DNA of 64,000 bases, taken from contig CAZYDU010000002.1 in the NCBI GenBank assembly GCA_964646345.1, positions 38,802-102,801 on the forward strand, read 5' to 3'. This stretch comes from an uncultured Lachnospiraceae bacterium (lineage in GTDB: Bacteria; Bacillota; Clostridia; Christensenellales; UBA1242). Within the stretch, counting starts at the first letter, position 1; each line of letters begins with the position of its first letter. Both the position numbers and the translations under genes were made by a program. The notes beneath the pieces are model-generated. The model ran no database searches, had not been told where the DNA came from, and saw nothing but the letters and a program-made list of their open reading frames with translations. This document shows positions 9,804 to 20,354 of this stretch, piece by piece.

Positions 9804-11078
9804 TTATTCTTTAATTTCAAACTCAATGTCTTTTATTCTAATAGTCGAAGTTTCATCTGCACCTTGTTTCTTTAACTCTTTAATAATTCCCTTGTCTTTC
9901 AAAACCTTTTGAAAATATGAGAACGATTGAAAATCATTAAGAACAACCCCACGCACAAGCTCATCAATAAATCCACCAACCACTTCAAAAGAACCATCAT
10001 CATATTTCACAACTTCCCATCTGTTAGGATTTGGTCTTTCATAAATAAAAGGCTCAAACTCCAACTTTTGTTTTGGTGGAAGTTGTTTAAGTTCATCAAT
10101 AATTACTTTTAATAAACTGTCCAAATTATTATTTGATACAGCTGAAATTTCAACCACCTGATAATTCTTCTTAAGTTTAGATAATTTATTTTTAAAATCC
10201 TTAATTATCTTTTCATCTTGAACCAAATCAATTTTATTAAGTGCTACAATTTGTGGCAAACTTTCGACCTTGTTACCGTATTTTTTAAGCTCGTTATTTA
10301 CAATTTTAAAATCTTCATAAGGGTCTCTATCTTCACTACCTGATATATCAATAACGTGAATTAGCAGTCTTGTTCTTTCAATATGTCTTAAAAAATAGTG
10401 TCCAAGACCAACACCTTCACTAGCACCTTCAATTAAACCTGGAATATCAGCAATAACAAATGATGAACCAAAATATTTGCAAACACCAATATTTGGAGCA
10501 AGCGTTGTGAAATGGTAATTTGCAATCTTTGGTTTAGCATTCGTAAGCATAGAAAGTATTGTGCTTTTCCCAACATTTGGAAACCCAATCAAGCCAACAT
10601 CGGCAATGGTTTTAAGTTCTAGTATTACTTCCTTTTCTTCGCATAGTTGACCTGTTTGTGAAAATGAAGGTCGTTGTCTAGTTGACGACTTAAACCTAGC
10701 ATTTCCAAGCCCACCTTGACCACCTTTAAGCACAGTTATACTTTCTCCATCATCAAACAAATCTGCAATAATATTATTAGTTTCGTTATCACGAATCACA
10801 GTACCACAAGGAACTTTTATAACCAAATCTTTACCATTTTTACCACGCATGTTTGTGCTTCCACCATTAGCCCCAGCTTCAGCTCTGTAATGCTTTGTAA
10901 ATCTAAAATCCACCAAACTATCAATGGTTCTATCTGCAATAAAAATAATAGACCCGCCATTACCGCCATCGCCACCATCAGGTCCACCTTTTTCAACATA
11001 CTTTTCAGAATGAAAGCTGGTTTTACCATTACCGCCATCTCCAGCTTTTATGAAAATTTTAACTCTATCAAGATACAT
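9804..11078 (-). CDS. obg: GTPase Obg/CgtA
   Basis: Glycine-rich Obg fold (GGDGGNGG), G1 GFPNVGKST, G3 DIPGLIEGA, NKID, and a C-terminal OCT-like domain. Confidence 0.95.
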   Translation of the reverse strand: MYLDRVKIFIKAGDGGNGKTSFHSEKYVEKGGPDGGDGGNGGSIIFIADRTIDSLVDFRFTKHYRAEAGANGGSTNMRGKNGKDLVIKVPCGTVIRDNETNNIIADLFDDGESITVLKGGQGGLGNARFKSSTRQRPSFSQTGQLCEEKEVILELKTIADVGLIGFPNVGKSTILSMLTNAKPKIANYHFTTLAPNIGVCKYFGSSFVIADIPGLIEGASEGVGLGHYFLRHIERTRLLIHVIDISGSEDRDPYEDFKIVNNELKKYGNKVESLPQIVALNKIDLVQDEKIIKDFKNKLSKLKKNYQVVEISAVSNNNLDSLLKVIIDELKQLPPKQKLEFEPFIYERPNPNRWEVVKYDDGSFEVVGGFIDELVRGVVLNDFQSFSYFQKVLKDKGIIKELKKQGADETSTIRIKDIEFEIKE

Positions 11079-11087
11079 AACCTTCTC

Positions 11088-11714
11088 CTATCTATTCTTA
11101 TAAAATTTGCAATAATTTTTTATCCCACAACCATCACAATTTGGACTTTGCGATTTGCAAACATATCTTCCATGTAACACCAAAGCATAATGAAATTTAA
11201 TCCACATTTCTTTTGGTAAAACTTTTTCTAGTTGCTTTTGTGTTTTTGCAACGTCTGTAGCATTAGCAAGTCCTAGTCTATTTGACACTCTAAATACATG
11301 TGTATCAACAGCAATGGCAGGAATATTAAACCCCACAGCCAAAACAACATTTGCAGTCTTCTCACCAACACCCGCCAGTGACATTAATTGTTGTTTATCA
11401 CTTGGCACATCGCCATTAAATTTTTCAATCAATTCTTTTGACATATCTAAAATATGTTTAGCCTTGTTATGAAAAAAGCCACAAGAATGAATTTTTTGTT
11501 CAAGTTCATCTTGTGACAGTGTTATCATTTTATATGGAGTATTAAACTCTTTAAAAAGTTCACTCGTCACTTGATTTACCCTTCTATCTGTGCATTGAGC
11601 AGAAAGTATTACAGCCACGAGCAATTCATAGTTACTTGAAAATAAAAGCTCACATTTTGGGTCTACATAAAGCTCGTTAACAGTTTTAATAATATCCAAA
11701 ATATTTTGTTTCAT
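11088..11714 (-). CDS. nth: Endonuclease III
   Basis: HhH-GPD motif (LAGVGEKTANVV...D) and a C-terminal 4Fe-4S cluster loop (CKSQSPNCDGCGIKNYC). Confidence 0.9.
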   Translation of the reverse strand: MKQNILDIIKTVNELYVDPKCELLFSSNYELLVAVILSAQCTDRRVNQVTSELFKEFNTPYKMITLSQDELEQKIHSCGFFHNKAKHILDMSKELIEKFNGDVPSDKQQLMSLAGVGEKTANVVLAVGFNIPAIAVDTHVFRVSNRLGLANATDVAKTQKQLEKVLPKEMWIKFHYALVLHGRYVCKSQSPNCDGCGIKNYCKFYKNR

Positions 11715-12181
11715 TATTTTCTCCCAAGTCGTTCACTCATTTTTTCATAAATAATAGTCAAAAATTTAAAGGTCATAGCATCATCAAAATTTCTGATATT
11801 TAGCTTAGTAATTCTATTGATTTTTTCTATTCTATATAAAAGAGTGTTTCTATGCAAAAAAGCATTTCTGCTCGTTTCGGAAATATTTAAGTTGTTTTTA
11901 AAGAATGCATTGATACAATCAACTAGTTCCTTATCTTCCAAAACTGATATAATTTCTGGAGTTAAAAATTTCTCGCATATAACAGCTTGTTGGTCAACTG
12001 AAAGACATGAAAGAATTGATTTTTCAAGTTTAGAAAATTGAGACTCTTGTTTTTTTGCATGCTTGCCGATGGTTTCATTTTTGTCTTGCATTCCGTTATT
12101 AATATTCTTTCCAGCTAAATAATCCATAATTATCTCCTTAAATACATCAATCATTATAGCAAATTCGTTTATTAATTTCAA
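11714..12181 (-). CDS. PucR-type C-terminal HTH domain protein
   Basis: The C-terminal SETSRNAFLHRNTLLYRIEKINRITKLNI resembles the PucR/CdaR HTH. Confidence 0.5.
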   Translation of the reverse strand: MKLINEFAIMIDVFKEIIMDYLAGKNINNGMQDKNETIGKHAKKQESQFSKLEKSILSCLSVDQQAVICEKFLTPEIISVLEDKELVDCINAFFKNNLNISETSRNAFLHRNTLLYRIEKINRITKLNIRNFDDAMTFKFLTIIYEKMSERLGRK

Positions 12182-12199
12182 TAATTTTTGACATATTTT

Positions 12200-13189
12200 T
12201 TATATTACTCTACTTCTATCCAATTTTGAAAAAATTTTAATATTCCTTTCAATCAACTGTTTATTTATATCATTATTTTTCGAAAAATCAACTTCTAGCT
12301 GATTATCAAAAACAATTTCGACATCTTCATTTTCATTATCCGCAAGTTTTAATTTATCAAAACAAGAATCCAGTTTGCTGTCAATTTTAACCACAAACCT
12401 TTCTTCTACCGATAAATAATACCTTCCATTTTGTTTTACACAGTAACCTTCTTTATGATTTAAACCATCGTTAAAATTACATGCATCTAAGTCAGCAGGA
12501 TTAGATAATAACCCGCTGATTGTCTTATATTCTGTCACTGTCGCCAAATTTAGATATAATATTTTATCTGCACCAAACCATTCATAAAAGGATTTGTTAT
12601 TTAAATAACTTTTATCACTAACACACAAAAAAATTAGTTTATTTTTACAAACAAAGCTTAAAATACTTTTTAATTCTTCAATTTCTTCTTCGCTAAACTC
12701 ATTTTTCATTATATCATCAATAAAAATAATTCTCGGATTTTTAATATAAGTTCTAAGGATACAAAGCTTAAATTTCTCAAATTTAGTTAATTTATTTATT
12801 TTCGTGTTTAGGTTGTAACCAATATTGAATTTATTTAATAAGCCTAATTTTTCTTCTTTTGATATAAGTTCTTTATCCAAAACCTTATATACATAATCTA
12901 TATTTTTTTCAATTTTCCCATTAAGCAAAGTTGGATAATCTAAAATCAAAGAAACTTGTTTTTCTTCATCTGTTATTAACTTAAGTTCTTGCCCTGAAAT
13001 TTTTATAGAGCCAAAATATTTTTCATCAAATCCTGAAAGCGTTTTTATGAAAGTAGATTTACCTGAATCTTTTACACCACAAATCAATACCTTTTCATTT
13101 TTTTTAGCAGAAAAAGAAATATCCTTTAAACATAAAGGCTTTTTTATATATGAATAGCACAAATGAGACACATTAAAAAATTCTTCCAT
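12200..13189 (-). CDS. ABC-type ATPase-like protein with degenerate motifs
   Basis: Walker A-like GVKDSGKST and Walker B IIFIDD are present. The LSGGQ signature position reads LTKFEKF. Confidence 0.5.
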   Translation of the reverse strand: MEEFFNVSHLCYSYIKKPLCLKDISFSAKKNEKVLICGVKDSGKSTFIKTLSGFDEKYFGSIKISGQELKLITDEEKQVSLILDYPTLLNGKIEKNIDYVYKVLDKELISKEEKLGLLNKFNIGYNLNTKINKLTKFEKFKLCILRTYIKNPRIIFIDDIMKNEFSEEEIEELKSILSFVCKNKLIFLCVSDKSYLNNKSFYEWFGADKILYLNLATVTEYKTISGLLSNPADLDACNFNDGLNHKEGYCVKQNGRYYLSVEERFVVKIDSKLDSCFDKLKLADNENEDVEIVFDNQLEVDFSKNNDINKQLIERNIKIFSKLDRSRVI

Positions 13190-13236
13190 AAAAACCCCAT
13201 AAAAAAGGCATACAAAATATGTATGCCTAATAAACT

Positions 13237-13764
13237 TTATCTTGTTTTAATCAAACCGTAATTTCCATCACCACGTCTATAAAGCACATTTACAAGCCCA
13301 GTTTGGTTATCTCTATAAACATAGAAATCATTACCAATAAGTTCAAGTTGGTCAATCGCTTGTTCTTCTGACAAAATATCAAGTTCAAACTCTTTAGTTT
13401 TCACAATTTTAGCTGGCTCAATTTCAGGAACATCATCAATAAACAATAAGTCCATTGGGTCAACATTTTTGATACTGTCTTTAAATTTACCAGCAACTCT
13501 AACAACTTGTCTTTCAATTTTAGCTAAACATGTATCAAGGTTAACATACATATTATCAGATTGAACTTCGCTTCTAACAAACAAATTCTTGTCTTTAATT
13601 GTAATTTCCATTTTATACTTGTCTTGGTTTCCCGCTTTAGATAAAACAACTTTAGCTGTAACTGAATCAGACAAATACTTTTCAAATCTTTGAAGTTTTT
13701 TGTTGATTAAATCAAGTAGTTTTTCTCTTGCAACATAATTTCTTTGAACAACATCTATTTTCAT
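13237..13764 (-). CDS. hpf: Ribosome hibernation promoting factor, long form
   Basis: N-terminal YfiA/HPF fold plus a C-terminal dimerisation domain (FYVYRDNQTGLVNVLYRRGDGNYGLI). Confidence 0.9.
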   Translation of the reverse strand: MKIDVVQRNYVAREKLLDLINKKLQRFEKYLSDSVTAKVVLSKAGNQDKYKMEITIKDKNLFVRSEVQSDNMYVNLDTCLAKIERQVVRVAGKFKDSIKNVDPMDLLFIDDVPEIEPAKIVKTKEFELDILSEEQAIDQLELIGNDFYVYRDNQTGLVNVLYRRGDGNYGLIKTR

Positions 13765-13829
13765 AATTTTATCTCCTTCAAATGTTCTACCTTAATTATA
13801 ACCAAATATCATAAAAATTCAAAATAATT

Positions 13830-16229
13830 TTAACAAATAATTTCAAAAGTAAAATCTTTATTTTTTTCATCAATTTGAATTACAGAATTTTCATGAAGTT
13901 CCCCACTAATAATCATATTGGCTAAAACATCTTTTATTTTTTTATCAATAACTTTTTTTATCGGTCTTGCTCCATATTCTTCATCATACCCTAAGTCACA
14001 AATCAAATTTCTGGCATTGTCAGTTATAATTACTTTAATATTCTTTTTAGCAATACGTTTGATAAATGAGTCAAGCATTAGTCCACTAATTTTCAAAACA
14101 CTTTGTTTTGATAATGTATCAAATATTACAACTTGGTCAATTCTGTTTAGTAGTTCTGGCTTGAATTTCTCACGAAGCTTATTCATCAAGAAGTCTTCAG
14201 TTGTAATTTTGCTTTCGCCTGACATTTTTTCCATCTTTTTATATTTAATCAAATCTTGGACACCATTGTTGCTAGTTAAAATAATTATCGTATTTCTAAA
14301 ATTAATATGTTTACCTTTTGAATCAGTTAGTCTTCCTTCATCTAAAATTTGCAAGAACAAGTTAAATATATCTGGGTGTGCTTTTTCAATTTCATCAAAT
14401 AACACAACTGAGTATGGATTATTTTTTACAGCATCAGTAAGTTCTCCACCAGCATCATATCCAACATATCCAGGTGGTGCACCAATTAATCTTGCAACTG
14501 ACGCTTGTTCCATGAACTCACTCATATCAAATCGCAAAATGCTGTTTTCTGAATTAAATACAACATCACTAACAGCTTTAGCAAGTTCTGTTTTACCAAC
14601 ACCCGTTGGACCTAAAAACAAGAACGAACCGATTGGTCTATTAGGGTCATTAATATCAGCCTTTGACCTTCTAATTGCACTAGCCACAGCTGACACCGCT
14701 TTATCTTGACCAATAACTCTATCGCCAATAATTTTTTCTAGATTTAAAAGTTTTTCTTTCTCAGTTGAAGATAATCTATTAACAGGAATTTTTGTCCAAT
14801 TCGAGACAACTTCTCTAATATGCTCAGCAGTTATAATATTTGCAAAATTTCCACTAATTTGTTGATTTTTAGCCTGAATTTCGGTAATTTTTTCTAAAAT
14901 TTGCGTTTTTTTATTATTAATTTCATTCGCTTTTAAATAATTTTGATTTTCAGATGACAAACAAATTTCTTTTTCTCTTTCTAAAACATTTAACATTTTA
15001 TAAAGTTCTGCAAGCTTCTCAGAATATGGCGATGATGTTAATTTAACTTTACTGCAAGCTTCATCAATCAAATCAATCGCTTTGTCTGGTAAAAATCTAT
15101 TTGTAATATATCTAATAGATAATGATACCGCCGATTCAATAGCATCATCGGAAATTGAAACTTTATGAAATTTTTCAAAAGATGGTCTAATATTTTTTAT
15201 TATTGAAATAGTATCACTTTCAGTCGGTTCTTCAACGCTGACCACTTGAAATCTTCTCTCCAAAGCAGAATCTTTTTCAATGTAATCTTTATACTCTTTT
15301 AATGTTGTTGCACCAACACAATGAATTTCTCCACGTGCAAGATATGGCTTTAAAATATCAGCTGGAGAAATTTCTCCGTCTTTGCTTCCAGCCTGAGCTA
15401 GTATATGAATTTCATCAATAAACACAATTATATTTGAATTATTCAAAATAGCATTTATTGCTTTCTTTAGTTTTTCTTCCATTGTGCCACGAAATTTTGT
15501 TCCCGCCATTAGCGAAGCAACATCTAAAGAAAATATAATTTTATTCTGCAAAAGTTCTGGCACATTCCCCTGATTAATCTTCAAAGCCAACCCTTCAACC
15601 ACTGTAGATTTTCCAACACCAGGTTCTCCAACTAAAACAGGATTATTTTTTGTTTTACGACAAAGAATTTCAATTACCCTTTCAATTTCTTCATCTCGAC
15701 CAATCACGTTTGTCATATCAGAATTTGCAAGCTTTGCATTAAGATTATATCCAAGGTTCTTTAATTCATCGGGCAAATTATCCACAACATCAACAGTTGT
15801 TTTTTGAACCTTTTTATTTTTTGAAAAAACCGCTAAATTTGGTTCAATCTTCTTTAAAACAACATTAACATCTAATCCAAAAACCGAAGAAATAATAACA
15901 AACGACTTAAATTCTTTTTTTGATAAAAGCAAATACAAAACATCTTGAATGTTTCCTTCTTGCGACACCTTATTAAAAATTAAACTAACATTTTTTGATG
16001 GTACTGCTTTTTGTCTTATTGGTTCATGCTCCTTAGAAATCAATTTAACAACTTTGCTATAATTTTGTTTATTCACACCAAAACTATTTAGTACTTTAGC
16101 ACTAAAACTTTCTTCTTCACATAAAACGCCAAAAAGCAAATGTTCAGTTTCAATAGTTCTTGAGTAAACACTTTCAGCAAATTTCATAGCACTATTAAAA
16201 ACATTTTGTATTTGTTCACTTCCCGCCAT
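13830..16229 (-). CDS. clpC: ATP-dependent Clp protease ATP-binding subunit ClpC
   Basis: Clp_N repeats and two AAA+ modules (GEPGVGKS, GPTGVGKT). Last gene of the ctsR-mcsA-mcsB operon. Confidence 0.9.
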   Translation of the reverse strand: MAGSEQIQNVFNSAMKFAESVYSRTIETEHLLFGVLCEEESFSAKVLNSFGVNKQNYSKVVKLISKEHEPIRQKAVPSKNVSLIFNKVSQEGNIQDVLYLLLSKKEFKSFVIISSVFGLDVNVVLKKIEPNLAVFSKNKKVQKTTVDVVDNLPDELKNLGYNLNAKLANSDMTNVIGRDEEIERVIEILCRKTKNNPVLVGEPGVGKSTVVEGLALKINQGNVPELLQNKIIFSLDVASLMAGTKFRGTMEEKLKKAINAILNNSNIIVFIDEIHILAQAGSKDGEISPADILKPYLARGEIHCVGATTLKEYKDYIEKDSALERRFQVVSVEEPTESDTISIIKNIRPSFEKFHKVSISDDAIESAVSLSIRYITNRFLPDKAIDLIDEACSKVKLTSSPYSEKLAELYKMLNVLEREKEICLSSENQNYLKANEINNKKTQILEKITEIQAKNQQISGNFANIITAEHIREVVSNWTKIPVNRLSSTEKEKLLNLEKIIGDRVIGQDKAVSAVASAIRRSKADINDPNRPIGSFLFLGPTGVGKTELAKAVSDVVFNSENSILRFDMSEFMEQASVARLIGAPPGYVGYDAGGELTDAVKNNPYSVVLFDEIEKAHPDIFNLFLQILDEGRLTDSKGKHINFRNTIIILTSNNGVQDLIKYKKMEKMSGESKITTEDFLMNKLREKFKPELLNRIDQVVIFDTLSKQSVLKISGLMLDSFIKRIAKKNIKVIITDNARNLICDLGYDEEYGARPIKKVIDKKIKDVLANMIISGELHENSVIQIDEKNKDFTFEIIC

Positions 16230-16240
16230 AGCAAGCTCCT

Positions 16241-17251
16241 TTATTTAATTCTTTTAGACTTTAATACATTAGCCAAAAATGTAGCTCTATATTTATCAAG
16301 TTCCGATGCCGAAACTTTCATTTCGGATATTTTTGTTAAAGAATAAGGCATAACATCTTTTATTAAATTTTCCAAACATGAAACTTCCTTAAATCTAACA
16401 AAGTCCAAAGCAACACCAATTTTAAGTTCTGTAATAATCTTTTGAGCTTCAATTTCTGAAATTTTATAACAATTCGTGGCAATACCCCAAGCTCTAAAAA
16501 CCATATCCCTTACATCATCAACATATTTTTTTGAAAGCAATTCACTACGAGCCAATATTTCCATTTCACAGATTCTAATAACAAGTTCTGTAATTTTAAT
16601 AACATAATCGCTTTCACGTTTTCCTATAGTTTGATTATTTCTAACAACAAATAAATATTCATTATCTCTAAAATTTTCATCTCTTTGCAAACTAAGCTCT
16701 ACCCATTGATTGTTTATGTCTTGTTGCAGATTTTTAATTTTTCCAGTCAAGCTTAAACCAGGTAAAAACAATTTTGCACTAGCTTCAAGTCCTGTACCAA
16801 GTTTCGATATATTTGAAGTCATAAAACCCAAGGAATCATCGAAAGCAATATCCAACTTTGACAAGATTTCATTATCTAGACCATTCAAAGTATCGTAGGA
16901 TAAAATGAGATTCAAACCTGACTTCGTACAACTTTCCAGAATATGGTCTTCTTCATTAATCATAATAGAAACATCTTCATCTTTTGAAAGAATTGTTGCA
17001 CTAAAATCTTCATTTTCTAAAATTTTTTCAGTGATAAGTTCCTTTTCTAGCATAATATTTTTATCTAATTCAGAAAGAGTTTTTAACTTATAAATTTTAA
17101 AGTCGTCATCAAGTTTCAAAACCGTATCTGCAACCTTATTTAGAACCTTTATTCCCGTTATTTCATCAAGAGTCAATGGAAAATTAAACCCAACCAAGTT
17201 GCGTCTTAATTTAATATTACTAGAAACCACTATTGAGCTATAATCTTTCAT
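16241..17251 (-). CDS. mcsB: Protein-arginine kinase McsB
   Basis: Guanidino-kinase motifs (NEEDHI, LGTGLEAS) in the operon position between mcsA and clpC. Confidence 0.8.
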   Translation of the reverse strand: MKDYSSIVVSSNIKLRRNLVGFNFPLTLDEITGIKVLNKVADTVLKLDDDFKIYKLKTLSELDKNIMLEKELITEKILENEDFSATILSKDEDVSIMINEEDHILESCTKSGLNLILSYDTLNGLDNEILSKLDIAFDDSLGFMTSNISKLGTGLEASAKLFLPGLSLTGKIKNLQQDINNQWVELSLQRDENFRDNEYLFVVRNNQTIGKRESDYVIKITELVIRICEMEILARSELLSKKYVDDVRDMVFRAWGIATNCYKISEIEAQKIITELKIGVALDFVRFKEVSCLENLIKDVMPYSLTKISEMKVSASELDKYRATFLANVLKSKRIK

Positions 17252-17598
17252 TAAATAGAACTCCTTAATTTTTCAATCTGATTTTTTAGCGACTCAGCCA
17301 AAATAAAATCTTCCGCTTCAACCGCTTCTTGTTTTTGCCTTTCTAGTTCCTTAATTTTGTTATCCATTTTCTGCTTTGAAAAACGTTTTGTTGCAACTTT
17401 TCCAACATGGTTAAAACAACCTTGTTTTTGCAAAAGATTATTTCTAATCTCATCTTGAAAAGTAACATAACAATTACAACAACCAACCAGCCCACTAGTC
17501 AAAATATCCGAAAGCGAAGTATTGCAGTTAACACAATGTTTTTCACTTGACATCTTATCTCTAAACATAATGTTTGAATTATCATTAAAATACAACAT
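17251..17598 (-). CDS. mcsA: McsA-like activator (Zn-finger CxxC pairs plus UVR motif)
   Basis: CVNC...CCNC cysteine pairs and a C-terminal UVR-like EDFILAESLKNQIEKL. The start is uncertain. Confidence 0.65.
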   Translation of the reverse strand: MLYFNDNSNIMFRDKMSSEKHCVNCNTSLSDILTSGLVGCCNCYVTFQDEIRNNLLQKQGCFNHVGKVATKRFSKQKMDNKIKELERQKQEAVEAEDFILAESLKNQIEKLRSSI

Positions 17599-17606
17599 AC
17601 TTCCCC

Positions 17607-18065
17607 CTAATTATTCATAAGCTTGGCTATAACATTTTTGAATGCCTTAGCTCTAACTTTGTCACGAACCGTAAAAGGCATTGCAAGCGAATCATCTGAT
17701 AAAGATGTTTCAACTAGTTCCATTTCTCTTTGATTTAAAATATTTTCACTAACCAATTTATCCAAAATCTGACAAAATCTTTTTTCATTGAGTTCATCAC
17801 CAACACTTTCTAAAAATAAAGTTTTTAGATAATCCGAGTTAGAATCAGATTTGATTTTTGTTATTTTAACATAACCACCACCGCCACGTTTGCTTTCGAC
17901 TAAAAATCCCCTATCAACAGTAAATCTAGTTTCCAAAACATAATTAATCTGACTAGGAACACAAGAAAAAAACTCTGCAAGCGAATTTCTTGTTATATCA
18001 ATAGAATCATTATCTCCAAGTGTGGTAATAATAAATTTCTCAATTTGGTCTGAAATATTTGCCAT
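17607..18065 (-). CDS. ctsR: Class III stress gene repressor CtsR
   Basis: MANISDQIEKFI... with the RGGGGY glycine loop (SKRGGGGYVKI). ATG at 18065 with a GGGGGAG RBS; the track ORF start at 18137 is upstream of the promoter elements. Confidence 0.85.
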   Translation of the reverse strand: MANISDQIEKFIITTLGDNDSIDITRNSLAEFFSCVPSQINYVLETRFTVDRGFLVESKRGGGGYVKITKIKSDSNSDYLKTLFLESVGDELNEKRFCQILDKLVSENILNQREMELVETSLSDDSLAMPFTVRDKVRAKAFKNVIAKLMNN

Positions 18066-18082
18066 AAAATCTCCCCCATGAA

Positions 18083-18137
18083 AATCAAAGTTAGTCAATA
18101 CACAATTATAATACAATAATCCAAAGTTTTTAGTCAA
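18083..18137 (-). promoter_or_regulatory. ctsR operon promoter with candidate CtsR operator
   Basis: On the minus strand: TTGACT (18137-18132), an 18-nt spacer, then TATTAT (18113-18108). The direct heptad repeat AATCAAA-GTT-AGTCAAT at 18083-18099 resembles the CtsR box (A/G)GTCAAANAN(A/G)GTCAAA. Confidence 0.45.
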
Positions 18138-18218
18138 ATAAAACTGCTCAAATTTCCAGTCATGGCAATTTTTTGCAACAAAAAAGGAAATAAAATTTAA
18201 TTTTACTTCCCCTTTATT

Positions 18219-19076
18219 TTACTCTTTTACAAAAATTATACCAACAGTTCCAGGACCTGCATGAGCACCAATAACCGGTCCAACTTCAAACCTGCGAATT
18301 TTCACATTTTTACCTGAGTTTCTAATTTTTTCAGCAAGTTCATCGCCAACTTCTTTGTTGCTAGCATCTAATATGTAAACTTCATATTTATCATCATTTA
18401 AATACTCTTTATTAAACTTTTCATACAAGAAATCTATTGCTTTTTTCTTTCCCTTAACCACAGTCAACTTTTCAAGTTTTCCATCATCAGTAATAGTTAA
18501 AATAGGCTTTAAATTCAACAATGTCCCCATAACATTAGACACTGCCGAAATTCTACCACCACGTCTTAGATATTGAAGTGAATCAACATAAAAATACAAA
18601 CCAATCTTTTCTCTAAAGGTTTTCAAAAATTCCAAAACTTGTTCATCACTCGCACCTGAGTTGTGAAGTTTGCAAGCTTCTATTGCTTGAATCCCAGCAC
18701 CGATACTAATGTTTAATGTATCAAACTCAATAAGTTTTCTTTCTGGATATTTTTCTTTCAATATCTCAAGAGCCTTGTGCATAGAATCAAAAGTACATGA
18801 AAGTTGTGATGAAAAATGAACATAGAAAATATCTTCACCACTTTTAAAAACTGGTTCAAAATAATTCAAATAGTCTTGAGTATTAAGTGCTGAAGTTGTA
18901 GCAACTTTTCCATCTCTCATTTCCTTATAAAACGCTTCAAAATCGGTATTTTTACCAAAATCATAAACATATTCTTGCCCGTTAATTGTGTATGGCATAC
19001 CGATAACATTCATTTTTAGATTTTCAGCATCAGTAAACCACATTTCGCAATCCGTGTCCGTAAAAAATACACTCAT
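18219..19076 (-). CDS. DegV family fatty-acid-binding protein
   Basis: DegV length and motifs (TDTDCEMWF..., TSALNT, RGGRIS). Confidence 0.9.
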   Translation of the reverse strand: MSVFFTDTDCEMWFTDAENLKMNVIGMPYTINGQEYVYDFGKNTDFEAFYKEMRDGKVATTSALNTQDYLNYFEPVFKSGEDIFYVHFSSQLSCTFDSMHKALEILKEKYPERKLIEFDTLNISIGAGIQAIEACKLHNSGASDEQVLEFLKTFREKIGLYFYVDSLQYLRRGGRISAVSNVMGTLLNLKPILTITDDGKLEKLTVVKGKKKAIDFLYEKFNKEYLNDDKYEVYILDASNKEVGDELAEKIRNSGKNVKIRRFEVGPVIGAHAGPGTVGIIFVKE

Positions 19077-19085
19077 AATTCACCC

Positions 19086-19898
19086 CTAAAAAATTTCTAA
19101 TTCGCTAAATTGTTCTTCATAAAGTTTTCTATCAAAGTCATTATAAACACAAAAAACAACATTAATTGGATAATTATGTTCTTCTAGCCACTGCGAAACA
19201 GTTGTGACAGCAATCTTAGATGCTAAGTCACGTGGGAATTTAAATTGTCCTGTTGCGATACAACAAAAAGCTATACTTTTAAACCCATTCTCCACCGCCA
19301 AGTCTAGACTAGATTTATAACAATTTGCAAGGTCAATTTTATCATGGTATGACACTTTACCTAAAATCAATGGCCCTACAGTATGGATTATGTAGTTTGC
19401 TGGCAAATTATAACCTTTCGTAAGTTTCGCTTTTCCATTAGGTTCTGGTCTATAATTTTGTTTAGACATCAAATAGTTTAATTCCTGACGAATTTGAAGT
19501 CCACCTGCCGACATTATAACATTATCAATAGATGAATCGCAAGGTTCAAAACTGCCAAGCATTCTTTGATTTGCAGCATTAACAATCGCATCAGCACGAA
19601 GTGTTGTGATATCGCCTTGAAAAATAGACATGTTTTTTGAATACATCAAGTTATTCACATCAACAATAATCTTATGTTCACGTTCATAAGATAAAATCTC
19701 ATCTTGCAAACGCATAAATTCAGCTGAAAGTGGTTCAGGTTTTCTTTGATTAGATAACCCCCTAAAAATCACACGTTTATCGCCAATAGAAAGCTCTTGC
19801 AAATGAAATTTATTGATATCAATATTTTCATCTTTGCAAAGAATTGCAATTAGTCTATTAAGTTTACCATCAAGTTCTTCGATTGTATATTCTTCCAT
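19086..19898 (-). CDS. Macro-domain protein (ADP-ribose / O-acetyl-ADP-ribose hydrolase type)
   Basis: IFQGDITTLRADAIVNAAN and GGLQ...HTVGP macro motifs behind an N-terminal extension of about 90 aa. Start set at the internal ATG 19898; the track start at 19934 is a TTG. Confidence 0.75.
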   Translation of the reverse strand: MEEYTIEELDGKLNRLIAILCKDENIDINKFHLQELSIGDKRVIFRGLSNQRKPEPLSAEFMRLQDEILSYEREHKIIVDVNNLMYSKNMSIFQGDITTLRADAIVNAANQRMLGSFEPCDSSIDNVIMSAGGLQIRQELNYLMSKQNYRPEPNGKAKLTKGYNLPANYIIHTVGPLILGKVSYHDKIDLANCYKSSLDLAVENGFKSIAFCCIATGQFKFPRDLASKIAVTTVSQWLEEHNYPINVVFCVYNDFDRKLYEEQFSELEIF

Positions 19899-19954
19899 AA
19901 TCTCTCCAATACAAAAATTATAACACTTAGTCAAAAATTTATCAAATAAATGTG

Positions 19955-20347
19955 TTACATTTCCTTAACTGACTCATTGGATTTTTTCTTTTTGCGTTTT
20001 ACAACAACATTACCATTAATATTTTCAACTTCATTTAAAGTTTCAGCCAAAATGCCAATTTCATCTTTTAATTTATCAGAATCTTCTCTAAGTTCCACAA
20101 CTGCAGTTGTAATGCTTTGCATACTTTCTTCTTCTCCAGTAAGTTCTTCAAGTTTACTAGCCGTTTTTTCATACTCATCAAACAATTTTTCAACTGCTTT
20201 TACTTTTAAAACATAATTTTTCAAGCTTTTTACAACATCTTTCCTATCTAAATTAAAATCCACTTCAAGTTTGGTACTTTGAAGTTTATCAACAATTTCA
20301 TCTTCTAATTTTCTAAACTTTTCAACTAATTCTTCTTCTCTTTTCAT
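19955..20347 (-). CDS. Hypothetical acidic coiled-coil protein
   Basis: E/K-rich heptad-like sequence with a basic tail. Lies 7 nt downstream of 20355-20822. Confidence 0.45.
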   Translation of the reverse strand: MKREEELVEKFRKLEDEIVDKLQSTKLEVDFNLDRKDVVKSLKNYVLKVKAVEKLFDEYEKTASKLEELTGEEESMQSITTAVVELREDSDKLKDEIGILAETLNEVENINGNVVVKRKKKKSNESVKEM

Positions 20348-20354
20348 TTTTCAC

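Noticed and set aside
10716-11177. 153-aa plus-strand ORF, and similar antisense ORFs at 6273-6737, 4824-5066, 5793-6005, 45769-46005 and 47207-47470
   Set aside because: All are antisense to highly conserved genes (obg, pheT, polA) and have implausible composition.
13918-14709. 263-aa plus-strand ORF
   Set aside because: It lies entirely antisense to the well-supported clpC gene. Its S/L/I/F-rich translation is typical of the reverse frame of an AT-rich gene, and it has no RBS or motif.
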